From: Octopus vulgaris
Taxonomy: Eukaryota
Direction: 5' to 3'
Length of the DNA stretch: 64,000 nucleotides
Assembly: GCA_951406725.2 (NCBI GenBank)
Contig: OX597814.1
Coordinates: 33,232,001 to 33,296,000, forward strand
This document shows, piece by piece, positions 24,380-38,812 of the stretch; within the stretch, counting starts at the first letter, position 1; the number at the start of each line of letters is the position of its first letter. A program made the position numbers and the translations under genes. The notes below the pieces were generated by a model. That model was not told where the DNA came from. It worked only from the letters and a program-made list of their open reading frames with translations, and did no database searches.

Positions 24380-25050
24380 TTGGGTCAGTCATCGTTGATT
24401 TTGTTACCGTTTCTGACTTTGATTCTGTGCAAAACGTTCGTGTAAAGAAAGGGACAGAACTATCAACTGATCACTAACTACTTGTCTGTACTAGCTACAA
24501 CCAAGAAAAATCAGAAATCCAGTAAGTCCAATGCGACTTAGTTAATAAAGAGGAAAGCCCTAGCAGATGATGGAAGCAGAAACAAATATGCATCCACGTT
24601 CAGAGACCGTCCTGAACAAACTCAGATCGTCAAAACGAAGAAGAAATTGTTTTGTACGGGATGTTTTACTTCAGTTGTAACAAACTTTGGATGAAAGCGG
24701 ATCGAAATGGAGCCAGATCGCACTAGAAACCCTAGTTTAACAAAGAATTTTAAAATTACACCCGAGGAAAAGTTACAGCTGAGACTGTTAAAAATGTTCA
24801 AAGCTAAGTCATGGGAGGACTTTGGCCTTAAGCTGGACTCAGAATATTGAACTGGCCATTAAATCCTGGCAGACAATCCGCCGAATTGTGACATGAAGCC
24901 CTCTACTGCACTTTCCATTAAGAACTCAGCAGGGATTCTTCTCTCTACAGAGAAGAGCATCCTTGTGAGGCTGAGAGAATGCTTTGCTGATCTCCTAATT
25001 CGGGTCGGGATAAAATCTTCTGATAGACACGAGGTACATCAAGGGGCGAA
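24380..25050 (+). pseudogene. RTE LINE remnant (APE endonuclease end and linker)
   Basis: Translates VRVKKGTELSTDH and KSWEDFGLKL..WQTIRR, typical RTE ORF segments; many disablements. Confidence 0.65.
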
Positions 25051-25057
25051 AATTGAT

Positions 25058-25105
<48 letters not shown>

Positions 25106-25138
25106 TGTATATACATACACATACGGCGTATACAGATT

Positions 25139-25183
<45 letters not shown>

Positions 25184-25185
<2 letters not shown>

Positions 25186-26176
25186 GGAAAGTAAGAAGAA
25201 AGAAAGCGAAAATGCACATTGGATATCAAAAATAAAGTCATTTTTATGAAAAGTAACGATAAATATATACAATTAGATTAACTGGGGTAGAATTAAGGGG
25301 AATAAAAGTCGTCATTTTGAATTGTTAATGAGATCCAAATTCATACCGGTATCGTCAAACGCTGTTCACTGGCTTTGAATGAGCACCGATTTTCCAAACG
25401 GTGTTGGGTCTACTAGTCTCCGAGTAAAAAGATTGTGTAAGGGAGGTAAGTAGTTCTGGACGTGGTGCAATTCAGTGTAGATATAATACTGTAATATGAA
25501 TGGTGTATGTGATGTATGGGAGTTAGTGGTATTATTGGTAAGGTTAGTAGTGTTTTGTATTATGTTATGTGTTCATGTTAAGTTGGGATGACATATTGAG
25601 GAAAGTTGCTTCTTTATTCATACTTTGCTGTTCTGGGGTCTTCTGTGAACATTGACAGAAATTAGGATTAAGGTTCCTAGCACACCTATCTATCTGTTCA
25701 CTGACCTGTATCTATCTATATTGTGGGTGGAGGATTTGTTTTTTGTGAAGAGTGGTTCTTCGACGGAGTGATAATCCTGTTTGGCCAATATATTGATTAC
25801 CTGCTTAGGGTGCAGTAATCAATATATTGGCCAAATAGGAATGTCACTCCGCCGTAGAACCGCTTTTCACAAAGAACAGATACGCCACCCACAAAACACA
25901 CAGATACAGGTCAGTGAACTACTTACCTCCCTTACACGTAATCTTTTTACCCGGAGACTAGTAGACCTGAACCGTTTGGAAATCGGTGCTCATTCAAAGC
26001 CAGTGAACAGCATTTGACCATACTGGTATGATTTTGAATTTCATTAACAATTCAAAATGATGACTTTTATTCCTCTTAATTCACCCAATTGCATATATTT
26101 ATCGTTACTTTTCATTAAAAAGCCTTTAATTTTCGATAGCCAATGTGCATTTTCACTTTTTTCGTCTTACTTTCCG
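25184..26176. mobile_element. Penelope-like foldback: two inverted 3' fragments with GIY-YIG remnants
   Basis: 25184-25457 is the reverse complement of ~25916-26176; + strand ITCLGCSNQYIGQIGMSLRRRTAFHKEQIRHPQ and - strand YIGQTGLSLRRRTTLHKKQILHPQY; flanked by (TA)n. Confidence 0.8.
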
Positions 26177-27142
26177 TATATATAATCCATGTGTAGTTTC
26201 TATTTTCTTTTTGACACGTTTCTATTATATAAATAAGTATATTTACATACTCATATATATGTATATATATATATGTATGTATATATATATATACACATAT
26301 ATATGTGTGTGTGCGTGTTTGTGTATGTATGTGTCTCTGTGCGTGTCTGTGTGTTTCTGTGTGGGTATGTATATGTGTATATAAACATGGGCAAAAATAA
26401 CTAAATCTCCAAGGTTTACACTAATATACAGACAACCATATATGGTTTTCCACATATAGTTACATAAACAACTGTCATACGGTCACAAGGAAGTAATTAT
26501 TTCTCTACTGTTAGTAATTCTGATGACTTGGTGCTTAAACTGTCTCATAAATGATTCATTGGAATAACACAGCCTTGGTTTTTGACTCGAGTAATGTCCA
26601 TAGAATAAAGTGATCTAATGTGTAGACATGCCGCGAAGTTATTCTTCATAATTGTCACATGACACTAATATGTGAACATCAGGGAGACCTAACCATAGTC
26701 AACGGTTGACCTTGTAACCATTATGAACTAGTCTATCTATGTCTTAAGTGATTCAGTTGCAGCTATAATCGTTCCCAACAATAAAAGATGATGATGCCAG
26801 AGATGACAAACTTACAGCTTAGCTCGACAATTCAAAATTGAGACTCCGATTAAATTAATATTAAGAAATCTTCTTAAAGACTCCATGTGCATTTTCAAAC
26901 CTAATTTCATTACACGTCAACACGAGAGGGAAAGCTTTCTTTTCTTGAGTGTGTGTGTGTATGTGTGTGCGTACATGTGTGTGTGAGTTGTATGTGTGTG
27001 AATGTGTGTGTGTATGCGTGCGTGTACGTGCATATGAGTGCGAGTGCGTCACGTGTGTTTTATCAGTAAACGATGTACGAGCACAATAAATTTTCTCCCA
27101 CTCATAAAATATGGATGTGATCCTTCAGACGTTTTTCAAATA

Positions 27143-27532
27143 TCCTTTCTAATATAGGCACAAGGCCTGAAATTTGGGGGAGGGGGATAGTCAATTACGT
27201 CGACCCCAGTGTTTCACCGGTACTTAATTTACCGACCCCGAAAGAATGAAAGGCAAATTTAACCCCGGTGGAATTTGAACTCAGAACGTAGTGGCAGACG
27301 AAATACCTATTTCTTTACTACCCACAAGGGGCTAAACACAGAGGGGACAAATAAGGACAGACAAACGGATTAAGTCGATTACATCAACCCCAGTGCGTAG
27401 CTGGTACTTAATTTATCGATCCCGAAAGGATGAAAGGCAAAGTCGACCTCGGCGGAATTTGAACTCAGAACGTAACAGCAGACGAAATACCGCTAAGCAT
27501 TTCGCCCGGCGTGCTAACGACTCGGCTAGCTC
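27143..27532 (-). mobile_element. Two tandem SINE family A copies separated by a ~60-bp segment
   Basis: Two CGACCCCGAAAG.ATGAAAGGCAAA...GAATTTGAACTCAGAACGTA blocks; the spacer TTTACTACCCACAAGGGGCTAAACACAGAG also occurs inverted at ~37935-37980. Confidence 0.8.
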
Positions 27533-28099
27533 AATATATTCAGACATATGAAAGTCACTGAAATTTTGCATATCCATTTCTCGTGTGACTGAATTTTAAT
27601 GTAACGTACTAATAATCGTAAACCGTTTACAGACAAAGTCTAAAAACTAGCCACTATATTAAATGCTTTTCCTTTTGTGTACACTCATAAATATCTATGA
27701 TCTGTTGTCTCCAGAAAAAAATAGTTTTGTTAATGCAATGCCAATTAAGGACAATTCTTCATCCATGTGATCATCTACCATTCCGATTTGAAGGCGGTAT
27801 AAACGGTCACTATGCATATGAGTACCTTCTCTCGAAGCAAATATAGCTTTAATAAACCATGTATCTATTTTGTTTATTATTTAGCATGTCTGTATTCGTC
27901 TTTGTTGTCCAAATCCATGGCACCGGTCCCTATGAGTTAGTTCCTTTGACTCATTTTTGTTATATGTTTATTTGTAAATGTATGTTTATATAGACATAAA
28001 TATGGATAAATATCAAAATGCGAGTACATATTAAGTGTGTACGTGTGTGTGTGTTTGCGCGCGTGTGTGTGTGTGTGTGTTTCTTTAAGAATTTAAGCT

Positions 28100-28625
28100 A
28101 TATTTTTACTAATTAATTAGCGAGTCCTTTTGCTGTAGAGAAGATTGTTCCAGATGATTTACACTTATGTGAATGTGAATCAGTTTGTTTCGCTCTTTCT
28201 TGAAGAACCTCATCACTTTTAGGCTCCTTTGTAGACATGCTGTTATAAAACCCACAGCACCTATAACAATAAAATGACAGCCTATAACCTGGACACGTGA
28301 ACTGTAAGTTTCTTAATAATTCTTCACAAATGTTCTTTTCCCCAATTTTTGGCGAATCATTGACATCCGCCGAGCAACTTAATACTAGTGCATGGCTTAA
28401 TCTGCTCCATGGAATAGTTCCCCTATGTTTGCACTGGGTTGATATATTTAATGAAATGTTTGATAATTTGCTATGGTTATTACAATAATCCTTCTTGAGT
28501 ATAGCATCGTAGATAGCTTTTGCAACAATGTCGTGTCTCATGAGAAGAGATATTTTAGACATTTTTGTATAAGTTATGATGACGTGGTTGATATTTTTCG
28601 CATTGGTATGACAAATCAATATTTT
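28100..28625 (-). pseudogene. RLE-type non-LTR retrotransposon C-terminal remnant
   Basis: INHVII..KMS..LLMRHDIVAKAIY and SCSADVN..K..EK; same family as 41590-42140. Confidence 0.6.
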
Positions 28626-30427
28626 CTATGTTAATGTGGCATCTATATCTTGTGTATGGGGGATATTTTAAGTATACTTGTTATAAACTTAAATATGTTG
28701 AGAGGTTATATATGTATACGAACGTTTGTGTGAATGTGTGCATCTGTCTGAGTGTATGAATGCAAGCACCTATAGACCTTGTAGTTTGTTTGCATATTTT
28801 CATATGTAAATATACCTATATATCACTGTAAATGTACATAATAATAACTGGGTTCGTATTTACGCAGTTGTTTTATGAATAATTAGAAACTTGCGTATAT
28901 GGGAGAGCAATTACTATTTAAGAAACAAAACATATCTACGAAGCAAACGAGGCATTTATATTCATTTCTTTAGGTTCCTACTGACGATTCTTGGCAAACA
29001 GATAAGATTTTTCCCCAAAAACAGTTTTAATTTCACATAAAACTTTTCTGTGATTTTTTAATATTTTATATATTTGTTCCTTCATTTCTTCTTTTCAACC
29101 TTTTCATTAATCTATCTATAATAAATTTTTATTCTACCAGCTTGCTGTAGTGGCATACCTCAAAATATTGAAATTAAATAGGATTTTTTTTTTTATATTT
29201 TGTATTTATCTTTCAAAAAAATTTTTCCATTATATATAAGTGAATGAGTGGTTTTCTCTGTATTGTCTTTATTTCCTTTTTTTCTCATTATTTTAAGTCT
29301 TCGAGCAATTCTGTAGTAACAAGACATTTATATTTTTTAGGACAGCTTACGCGCATTTATAAATATCTTATACGCATGCGTTAAAAATAGTGATGACTAA
29401 AATTTGGGAGAAAACCAATTTTTCTTATATTTTTTTTTCTCAGAAGAAAACAAATTTAACAAAGTAGTTCAAATATATTATAATAAAAACAAAAATTGTT
29501 GAAAATATTTTCGTTTTATTTATTTTAATATGTAAAAGAAGTTGTATAGATCTAATCTTAGAATCGTGTATGTCATATGAGTGCATTAATTAGCTCCTTT
29601 CATATCGTAATATTAAGAATAGAAAAGGTTTACCGCTCTAACAGTTTTATTGACCTATTTTCTGTTCTACTATTGAAAACTACCCAACGGCTTAGGGACC
29701 GGCTCTGCCGCCATTTTTTCGCTCAAGACTCATATTACAATCTTTGAAGTTTTCTTGCAGGATGAATATTTTAACGTCACCTAGTCATCGGAGGACATTT
29801 TAGATCAGACTCTCAGAAATATCAGCCAAAGATTCCTCAACACAAATTTGATTGGCGCTTTGAAAATATCACATTCAAACAGTAAAAACGACAGCAATAA
29901 TTATAACTTCAATGTAAATTATGCAAAATTTCTGATCCCATTAATAATAATGAAAGCATGATATCAAAAACATAACATTGTGATTTTAAAATCACAAATG
30001 TGAGATGATACCAATAAAGATGGACATTAGGCTTGTTGGGGCCATTATCAATCGGTTACTGAGATAACTGTATTTATGAAGAGAAAGAAATTCTAACACT
30101 TAGGCAGGACAGTTGCACGTAAAAGAGAGGGATATATACGTAGGATAAAATAAGAAGAATAGCACAAGTGCAGTTCATCGGTGATATTTAATAATTATTT
30201 CCATAAAATCTTATATAGCAAAGAAATCATTCAAATGAATAATATCTTATATACCATAAAATCACAGATCTTCAATATTGGGTGCATTGATGAAAGGAAA
30301 CCACTTGTTTGTCTTTCTTTATGTGTGTTGTGCTAATGTGGATAATGATGTTAATCATGTTAAAGAAACAGGCTGTCAAGAGAAGTGATTGGACAAACAA
30401 AAAACGCACAGACATATATATATATAT

Positions 30428-30480
<53 letters not shown>

Positions 30481-30502
30481 TATACATATACATATATATT
30501 AG

Positions 30503-30836
30503 AGACCCCCTTCGGTCATGAGTGACCATGGGTTTGCACCTAGAGAGTTACCCTCTGAGGCACAAGTCTGGGCAAGGTTGTTTTATGGAAGACCAGTAGT
30601 CGCCCATGCATACCGGCCTCCCCTCTCCACGCCACCAGTGTTATCCAAGGGAAAGACAAAGGTCGATACAGCTTGGCACCTGTGACGTCGCAACTCATTT
30701 CTACAGCTGAGTGAACTGGAGCAACGTGAAATAAAGTGTCTTGCTCAAGAACACAACACGCAGCCCGGTCCGGGATTCGAGCTCACAACCTCACGATCGT
30801 AAGCTCGACGCTCTAACCACTGAGCCATGCGCCTTC
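30503..30836 (-). mobile_element. tRNA-derived SINE, family C (RTE-like tail), in (TA)n
   Basis: Minus head GAAGGCGCATGGCTCAGTGGTTAGAGC...GAGCTCGAATCCC; near-identical copy at 42240-42571. Confidence 0.85.
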
Positions 30837-30853
30837 ACATATATATATATAGG

Positions 30854-30899
<46 letters not shown>

Positions 30900-30948
30900 C
30901 ACACACATATATATATATATATATATACACACATACATATATTTGTAT

Positions 30949-31010
30949 TGATTGATTGATTGATTCTAGTTTCAGCTTATGAGCTGTGGCCATGCTGGGG
31001 CACCGCCATT
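30949..31010 (-). mobile_element. Very short 3' end of the CR1/L2-group LINE
   Basis: Reverse complement of 13952-14000 (AATGGCGGTGCCCCAGCATGGCCACAGCTCATAAGCTGAAACTAG) with an (AATC)n tail. Confidence 0.75.
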
Positions 31011-32759
31011 ATGTATGTATGTATTTATGTATGTATATGTATATGTATATATATATATATAGTTTTCAAATGAAGAATTGTTGTTATTGTATGCATCTTG
31101 TGATACATACAACATTTGTTCAAATAGCAAAATGTTATATAAAGGACACTTGTGGTCATATTCTCTACGAAATGCTCGAATAGACGGCGGTTAACTCGAG
31201 TTAAAATGGAGACTATCGTGGGACAGTGCTACATAATCATATGCTTTTCTTCCCTGTGATCTGTGTTTCTTACATGAAGAAAACGCAATTTGTAATAGTA
31301 TATACTTGCTTTCGGAATACATCTTTCGTTTTCGAGATATGTGTTTCTTAGTTAAATACACAGACATTGTTTCTGCTTAACTTGTTCCTTGCCTGCCAGA
31401 TTAGTAAAACCAGTACAAGAATACAAGCACATATAAGCAAACATTTTGTTCTTTTATAATATGATGTGGAAGACAGTAAAAAGAAAGAAAAAACTCAATA
31501 TTATTGCAACGCCTAATTCATATTGGAAACAATCAGACAGAGGAACATGACTGTGTTAGTGTGGAATATTTGAAGAAAAACAAACATTACCGCTAGCTTT
31601 TCCTTCTATGACACTGTTCAGTGAAATACACAACCAGAAGTGATTTGTAGGTACAGAGAAAATGAAATAGATTTTTGTTTTATAGTTAAAAGGAAAAAAA
31701 GTATATAAAAATTCATAGAACAAAAAGGTTATGCAAACATTATGTTGACAGGAATATATGTTTTTTTCTCGAGCAAGTTGTGTTGTATCCCTAATTCATG
31801 AGAGAAAAAAATGTAATGTTTATTTGGCGCTTGTTAATTCAGAGATTTTTGCGAACAGACATTCGTCCATAAGTGAAAAAGATATATGAAGAGTAGCAAC
31901 ATTTAGATAGTAAGAAAAAAAATAATAATTATTGAACATAACATTTATCACCTCTTATGTGTACATCAGGTGGGGCAAATGCCTTTTATTATAACCGACG
32001 CCAGCCAATAGACTAGCTCACGCTTGTAACGAATTGTATTCTCAAAGACATTTGTACTTTGAAATTAAACGAAAACTAACAGAAAAAAAAAGACAAATAT
32101 CTTCCTAGAATATGAGAACATTTTTTCCTCTGAATGCGTCAGATTGTATTTTATCTGAAACGCAATGTTATATGTTTCTCTTATTGCAAAATCCAACAAA
32201 ATTATTACCAATTTCTAATCAATGTTCTGTAAAGTATCTTTAGTACAGCAACTCTTCTCCTGGACATGTATTTTTTACTTGTTTCACTTTTCTTAATATA
32301 TTATATTCTGGAGAGTAATTTTGTCTTCTCTAATGTTTTTTATGATTTCTTTACGAAGGGAGAAAAAACTTGTAAACGAACTTTGCATGCGATATCTGGC
32401 CATAAGCGAAAGCTACCAAATATTTGTCACATAGTCTATCGAAAAACATAGTTGTTTATTGGGGTTTTCGGACTCTTAGCTTTATCTTGCTTGTTTCATT
32501 GTTTTTCTTTTTTGTCAGTGTGTTTTATCTTTTACTGAGATTTTTCTTCCTTTATTGGCCAAAGAAAAAAATGTGATGAATAGTCTAGGATAACTCAAAT
32601 CCACCAATAACTCATCTTTAGGACATATTCAGCATGTAGTCAGAAAATTACAAGTCGTTACTCCGAGAATTTCATTGCCGATCTCCAGGCTCTTATAGAA
32701 AATGCGACATGGAATTTAATACACAAAAAATAAGCAAAACTCTACAGTACCTGACATCT

Positions 32760-32972
32760 CTTATCTTTTAATTGTTTCAGTCATTGAACAACGGCCATGC
32801 TGGAGTACCATCTTGAAGGATTTAAACGGAGTAACCAACCCCAGTATGTATTTTATGTCTGGCACTTATTCAATCGGACCTTTTTGCTGAACTGCTAAGT
32901 TACGGATATAACGAAACCAATACTGGATATCAAGCCGTAATTGAGGGACACACAAATACGCAAACATACACG

Positions 32973-33061
<89 letters not shown>

Positions 33062-33230
33062 CGGATGGGCTTCCACACCTTTTCTTTCAACCAAATCTAC
33101 CCACAAGGCATTAGTTGACTCGTGACGATAGTAGAAGACACCTGCCTAAGGTTCTACGCAACCGGGCGACAGGACCGAACTTGAAATTGCGCGTTTGCGA
33201 AGTGCATTTCTTAAATATACAACCCTATGT
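32760..33230 (-). mobile_element. SINE family B, diverged
   Basis: TTGTTTCAGTCATTGAACAACGGCCATGCTGGAGTACC...ATAGTAGAAGACACCTGCCTAAGG. Confidence 0.75.
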
Positions 33231-34679
33231 GCGACGATATGTAAACATTTCTTTATAAAGTATTGATACTTAACTCGTGTAGTGATAATTAGTTCGCGAA
33301 AATAAACTAACCAGAATATATCATTATTGAGAAAACTCTCCAGTAGAAATTGGATGTATGAGTCGTATTGGAACCAAACTGAGAGGGTGGATGTTATAAA
33401 TTGGTGTTAAACATCGGCAAAAAACGCTATCATAAAAGAGATCCGAGTGATAATTGGGAGAGTCAGCCATTGGATATGGCTGAAAGAAAATGATGAAACT
33501 TGGCAGGAGAGGTTTAATCCCAAAATGAACTTGAGGTTGAACACTAGTTAATCGATCAGTAAGGTAGGAAAGTGCTGTAAAACTCTCGAGTGTGGGAGGG
33601 GCCTGAAACAGTGCACATTCTTTCTTAGTGACCCCTGAAACCTACTAGCATCCGGTATGCAGTTTTCGACTGATTGCACTTCTGCTAGTAAACTATTTCC
33701 AAGCTTCCTCGAGAAGACAGAACAACTATATATTGAAACTACGTGGGAAAAGTTATTTGGGTGAAGGAATAAAATATGATATAATGAATGAGTTAAAACA
33801 CATACAAGTATAAACTATAAAATTAGAAAAAAAGGTATTCATGTTGTTTGAGGCCATGAAAAGTCCAAGTTAATAACGTTTTTTCTACTACATATTTTAT
33901 GTTAGTTGTCTTTGTCTGTCTAGGCTGAATATTCCACTGCATGTGTGTGTTTGTGTGTTTGTATGTGTGTGTGTGTGTGCGTGTGTGTGTGTGCGTGTGT
34001 GTATGTGCGTGTGTGTGCGTGTGTGTATGTGTGTGTGTGAGTGTGTGTGCAGGCCTTGCCATGATTTTAGAAGGCGACAGTTGCACATTCATACAAGTCT
34101 CTTTTCTCAATACTGTGGTGATAAACAAACGACATAGTCCAATACAACTTGATCTCATTCTCATTGTTGGACTGCGGTCCGGACACGAATTCTTGAATAG
34201 ATATCAATAGAATTCAAAGCATCCACAGCCATGGATTAGTACTTTTCTACCGACCCCGAAAGGATGAAAGATAAAGGTGACCTCAATAAACTCGAACTCT
34301 GCGTACAGAGAATTGAAACAAATAATGCGAGGCAATCTATCCAATGTTCTAATGACGATGCGAATTCATCACCTTATGTCATGTGTTAGAATTTCAGCAT
34401 CGTTAAAGTGGTTTACAACAAAAATCTATCGATGTATTTTCCGTGAGTTTAACTCCTACCGAGGATATCTTTGCTCTCATTCTTCTGAAGTGGCTAAATT
34501 TAAGTGTCATTCAAGTAACGGTCGAGGCGGCAATAACGACGACTGTTGTACTCTTTCGCCCCAACTTTCTCTCACTCTCTCTTCCTGTTTCTTGAGTAAC
34601 GCTGCGATGGACTGGCGTTCCGTCCACCTGGGGGAAAACCGGGCCCATGAGCCTGGCTAGGCTTGAAAAGGGCGCATAA

Positions 34680-34736
<57 letters not shown>

Positions 34737-35227
34737 TATATGTATATATGTGTAAATGTATTCGCACACACACATGCATATGTATTTCCGCTTTCTGTAT
34801 CTCAATTTTATTGAAGATTTTTATTTTATTTTGATTCGCTGTTTTGGGGGGTTACTTTGGGGGGTATTTTGCCCTTGTTTTATTCCTTTTTTTTTCTGTC
34901 CATCTCACCAAAATATTATAACGAAATCCAATCCTAATGGTTATGTTAAGAAAGATGACAAAATGGAATGTGGATTTCACCATTTCTTTATTGAACGATA
35001 CAACAAGGATACTTTAGGGAAAATTGACATTGAAATGAATTCTCAATGTATTGCTATAGCTTTAATCACACAGATATCCTGCCCTATTCCAGCAAAACTG
35101 CTTTTGCCTTCAACTCTTTAGGTTCTGACAGCGAACATACGACGCTCTGCTTCTTCACATTTTGCATACTTTTCCATGATACTCTCAATTTTTTATTTAT
35201 TTTCTATTATTAAATATTCATTGCTTC

Positions 35228-35318
<91 letters not shown>

Positions 35319-36076
35319 TATGTATGTATGCATGTATGTATATGTATGTACGTACGTATGCTACATATGTATAAATACATGTGCTTGAATGTATATGTAC
35401 GTGTGTACGTATTTTCACGTATATGTGTGTGTGTGTATGTGTGTGTTTGTGTGTGTGTTCTCCAGTTAAACCTGGCTTTATCTTGAAATTATACCCTCTA
35501 ACATCTTGTTAATATTATATTGCATTTTTACTCGATATCCTACGGGGAACTAACTACACGCTGCTTCTGCTGCTGCTACTGATGATGATGATGATAATAA
35601 TAATAATAATAATAATCATAATAATAATAATAATAATAATAATGAAAATAATAATAATAATGAAAATAATAATAATAATCGAAACAAATTGATGAAGAAA
35701 ATATTTTCCTTTCCGCAAAAATCTTTAACAATGCCCTTCTCTCTGTATTACACGATTATACACTACCTTTCCCCCCCAACTTCTAAAATTTTATTCTTTA
35801 GGTTTCTTTTTGTTTTTTTTTTTTGTTTTTTTGTTTTGGTGGGGTTGTTCATATCTTCAAGTCTCTGTTTCATTCGATAATGCTTTTTTCTTTCATTTCT
35901 CTTTTTTCCTTTTTGTCTTATGAATCATCAAAAATCCTGCAGGATACAAGAAATTTGTTCTTAAGATTTTACGAAGTTTAACGAAATTATCAGTGTTATA
36001 CCATTATAGCTACTGTCTAGTATATTATACATCCCAATATATGCGTTTCAGTGTTCGCCTATATATATATATCTAC

Positions 36077-36116
<40 letters not shown>

Positions 36117-36171
36117 CTTGTACATGTATGTATATATACATATTCACATACATTATGTGTGTGTGTGAGTG

Positions 36172-36216
<45 letters not shown>

Positions 36217-36225
36217 ATGTGTGTG

Positions 36226-36269
<44 letters not shown>

Positions 36270-36424
36270 TATACATATACGTACATACATATATACGTTA
36301 TACGTATTCATGTACGCATTGCTGTATTATGTATGCAAGTTTTTGTATATATACAGAATACCCCATAAGTAAGATACCATTTTAACATGTCTGTTCGATA
36401 AAACCTGGTTAGAGTTTTGAAATC

Positions 36425-36480
<56 letters not shown>

Positions 36481-37002
36481 TACATACGCATACACATACG
36501 CAAGCACGCAAGTGCATACGTCTTGTTCACATTTGATATTTTGCATTGCTGAAAATGTGCCCCAAAGTTCACTTTTAAAACAAGCCGCCGAGGAAACGAA
36601 AATTGAAATTTTGGGCGTTTTTTTTTTCTTCCTTTCCTATTCAAGGTTTTATTTATTTATTTATTATTTACTTGTAAGGTTTCATTTCTAAGGCTTTCGC
36701 TATACAAAAATACATAACCTTGCATTCTGAGTCATGATAAATATTTATTGTTAAAATTATTATAACGTAGTAAAAGGCCACGTGTTTTGATAAGAGGAAT
36801 ATTAGATTAAATTACACTCATGCTTAACGCATTACTTATTTTATTGACCCCAGGAGGATAAATTGTAAAATCAGCGATTGGGAGATTTGAATTCAAAATC
36901 GCAAAGACCGTATCTAAATACAGCATATCAATTACAGAGACGTCCAAATGTTTTTCTGAATCTCTATTCTTAATGTGGTTTATGAAGACGATTGATATTA
37001 TT

Positions 37003-37043
<41 letters not shown>

Positions 37044-37149
37044 TATTATTATTATTATTATTATTGTTATTATTATTATTATTATTATTATTTTACTGTG
37101 TTTGCACAGCTTCTAACGCTGGAGATGTACTACGGTGTATGGTAACACC

Positions 37150-37355
37150 CCTGGCAGAAACGTTAGTACGTCGGGCGAAATGCTTAGCCGTATTTCGTCT
37201 GCCGTTACATTCTGAGTTCAAATTCCGCCGAGGTCGACTTTACCTTTCATCATTTTGAGGTCAATAAATTAGGTACCAGTTCAGTATTGTGGTCGATCAA
37301 ATTGACTAGCCTCATCCCCCAATATTTTGGGCCTTGTGCCTAGAGTAGAAAAGAT
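37150..37355 (+). mobile_element. SINE family A
   Basis: CTGGCAGAAACGTTAGTACG...GAGTTCAAATTCCGCCGAGGTCGAC...GGCCTTGTGCCTAGAGTAGAAAAG; further copies at ~37975-38140 and ~38250-38410. Confidence 0.8.
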
Positions 37356-37384
37356 TATTATCAATATTATTGTTGTTATTGTTA

Positions 37385-37640
37385 TTGTAGATGTCGCACA
37401 GTATATAAAATCGTGAGGTTGTTGATTGAAGATATTCTGTCTCCGTGAGTTTTGCACTGTTTGTCAAGTCACAACAAGGACCTCGGGCAGAGAGTAATTT
37501 ATGCAATATGCGTGCAGTTCAAACTAATACCGACTTTTGCAATACATCCAGATTGTAGGGTATTTCTGAGGTTTTTAGATGTTTTTCAGATTGGGTGGTA
37601 TTGAACCCAATGCTTCGATGACAATAGGGATAACCTTTAT
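37385..37640 (-). pseudogene. R4/Dong-like RLE LINE 3' remnant
   Basis: Minus strand IPIVIEALGSIPPNLK...PYNLDVLQKSVLV*TARI; adjacent to (TTA/TTG)n. Confidence 0.55.
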
Positions 37641-37784
37641 GTTCGACTCTCGTAGCTGCCACATCTTAGCGATCTCAATTCTAAGGTCTCCATATTTATC
37701 AACAGGAATAACTGACTTGTTGCGGCCATGCGTACGCAGCAATGTCGATTTTTGATACTTCGAAGTCTTTTATTATCATTATTA

Positions 37785-37828
<44 letters not shown>

Positions 37829-38530
37829 GAGTGAGAGAGTAGTGCATGCCATCAAAGTGACACTGGGGTAAAATATACGAAGCCCAGTATACCCATCATG
37901 ACTACCCGTCTGATAAGGGTGACTGATAAGGGTGTCCTCTCTGTGTTTAACCCCTTGTGGGTAGTAAATAAATAGGTATTTCGCCTGTCGATTCATTCTA
38001 TGTTCAAATTCTGCTGTACTCGAATTTGCCTTTGATGCTTTCGAGGTCGATAAATTATGTACCAGCTGGATACTGGGGTCGATGTAATCGACTAGTTCCT
38101 TGTCCCAAAATTTCAGGCCTTGTGTCTTAAGTAGAAAGGATTATTCTCATTGTTGTTGTTGTTGTTGCTGCTGCTGCTGCTGTTATTATTTCTAAAGTAG
38201 TTCGATGGGTTGTCTCAATCGTCGGTGCTTACGACACACTGTCTTGCAGCATTTATTGATAGCCGTCCACATTCTGATTCTGAGTTCAAATCCACTTTAG
38301 GTGAACTCTACCTGCCATCTTTCTGGGGACAATAAAATAAAATACCAGTGTGGTATTAATGGCTTTGTTTTTATTGATCAAACCATTTAACAAAATCTGT
38401 GGCCTTGCACTAATGTCATTAACTTTTTATCGAACAGATGTATTTGTTTAACGCATAGAAGTGAGAGTCTTTCACGTTTCGAGCCTACGCTATTTGACAG
38501 AAAGAAGCACAGAAACAAACAGGGAGAGAA

Positions 38531-38589
<59 letters not shown>

Positions 38590-38685
38590 TGTATGTGTGT
38601 GCGTGTGCGTGTGTGTGTATGTATATATATATATATTTATATGTGTGTGTATATATACATATATATATATGTATGTATGTATATG

Positions 38686-38728
<43 letters not shown>

Positions 38729-38744
38729 ATGTATATGTATATAC

Positions 38745-38812
<68 letters not shown>

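Noticed and set aside
30760-30836. tRNA gene
   Set aside because: tRNA-like A and B boxes continue into a SINE body repeated at 42240-42571; it is a SINE head
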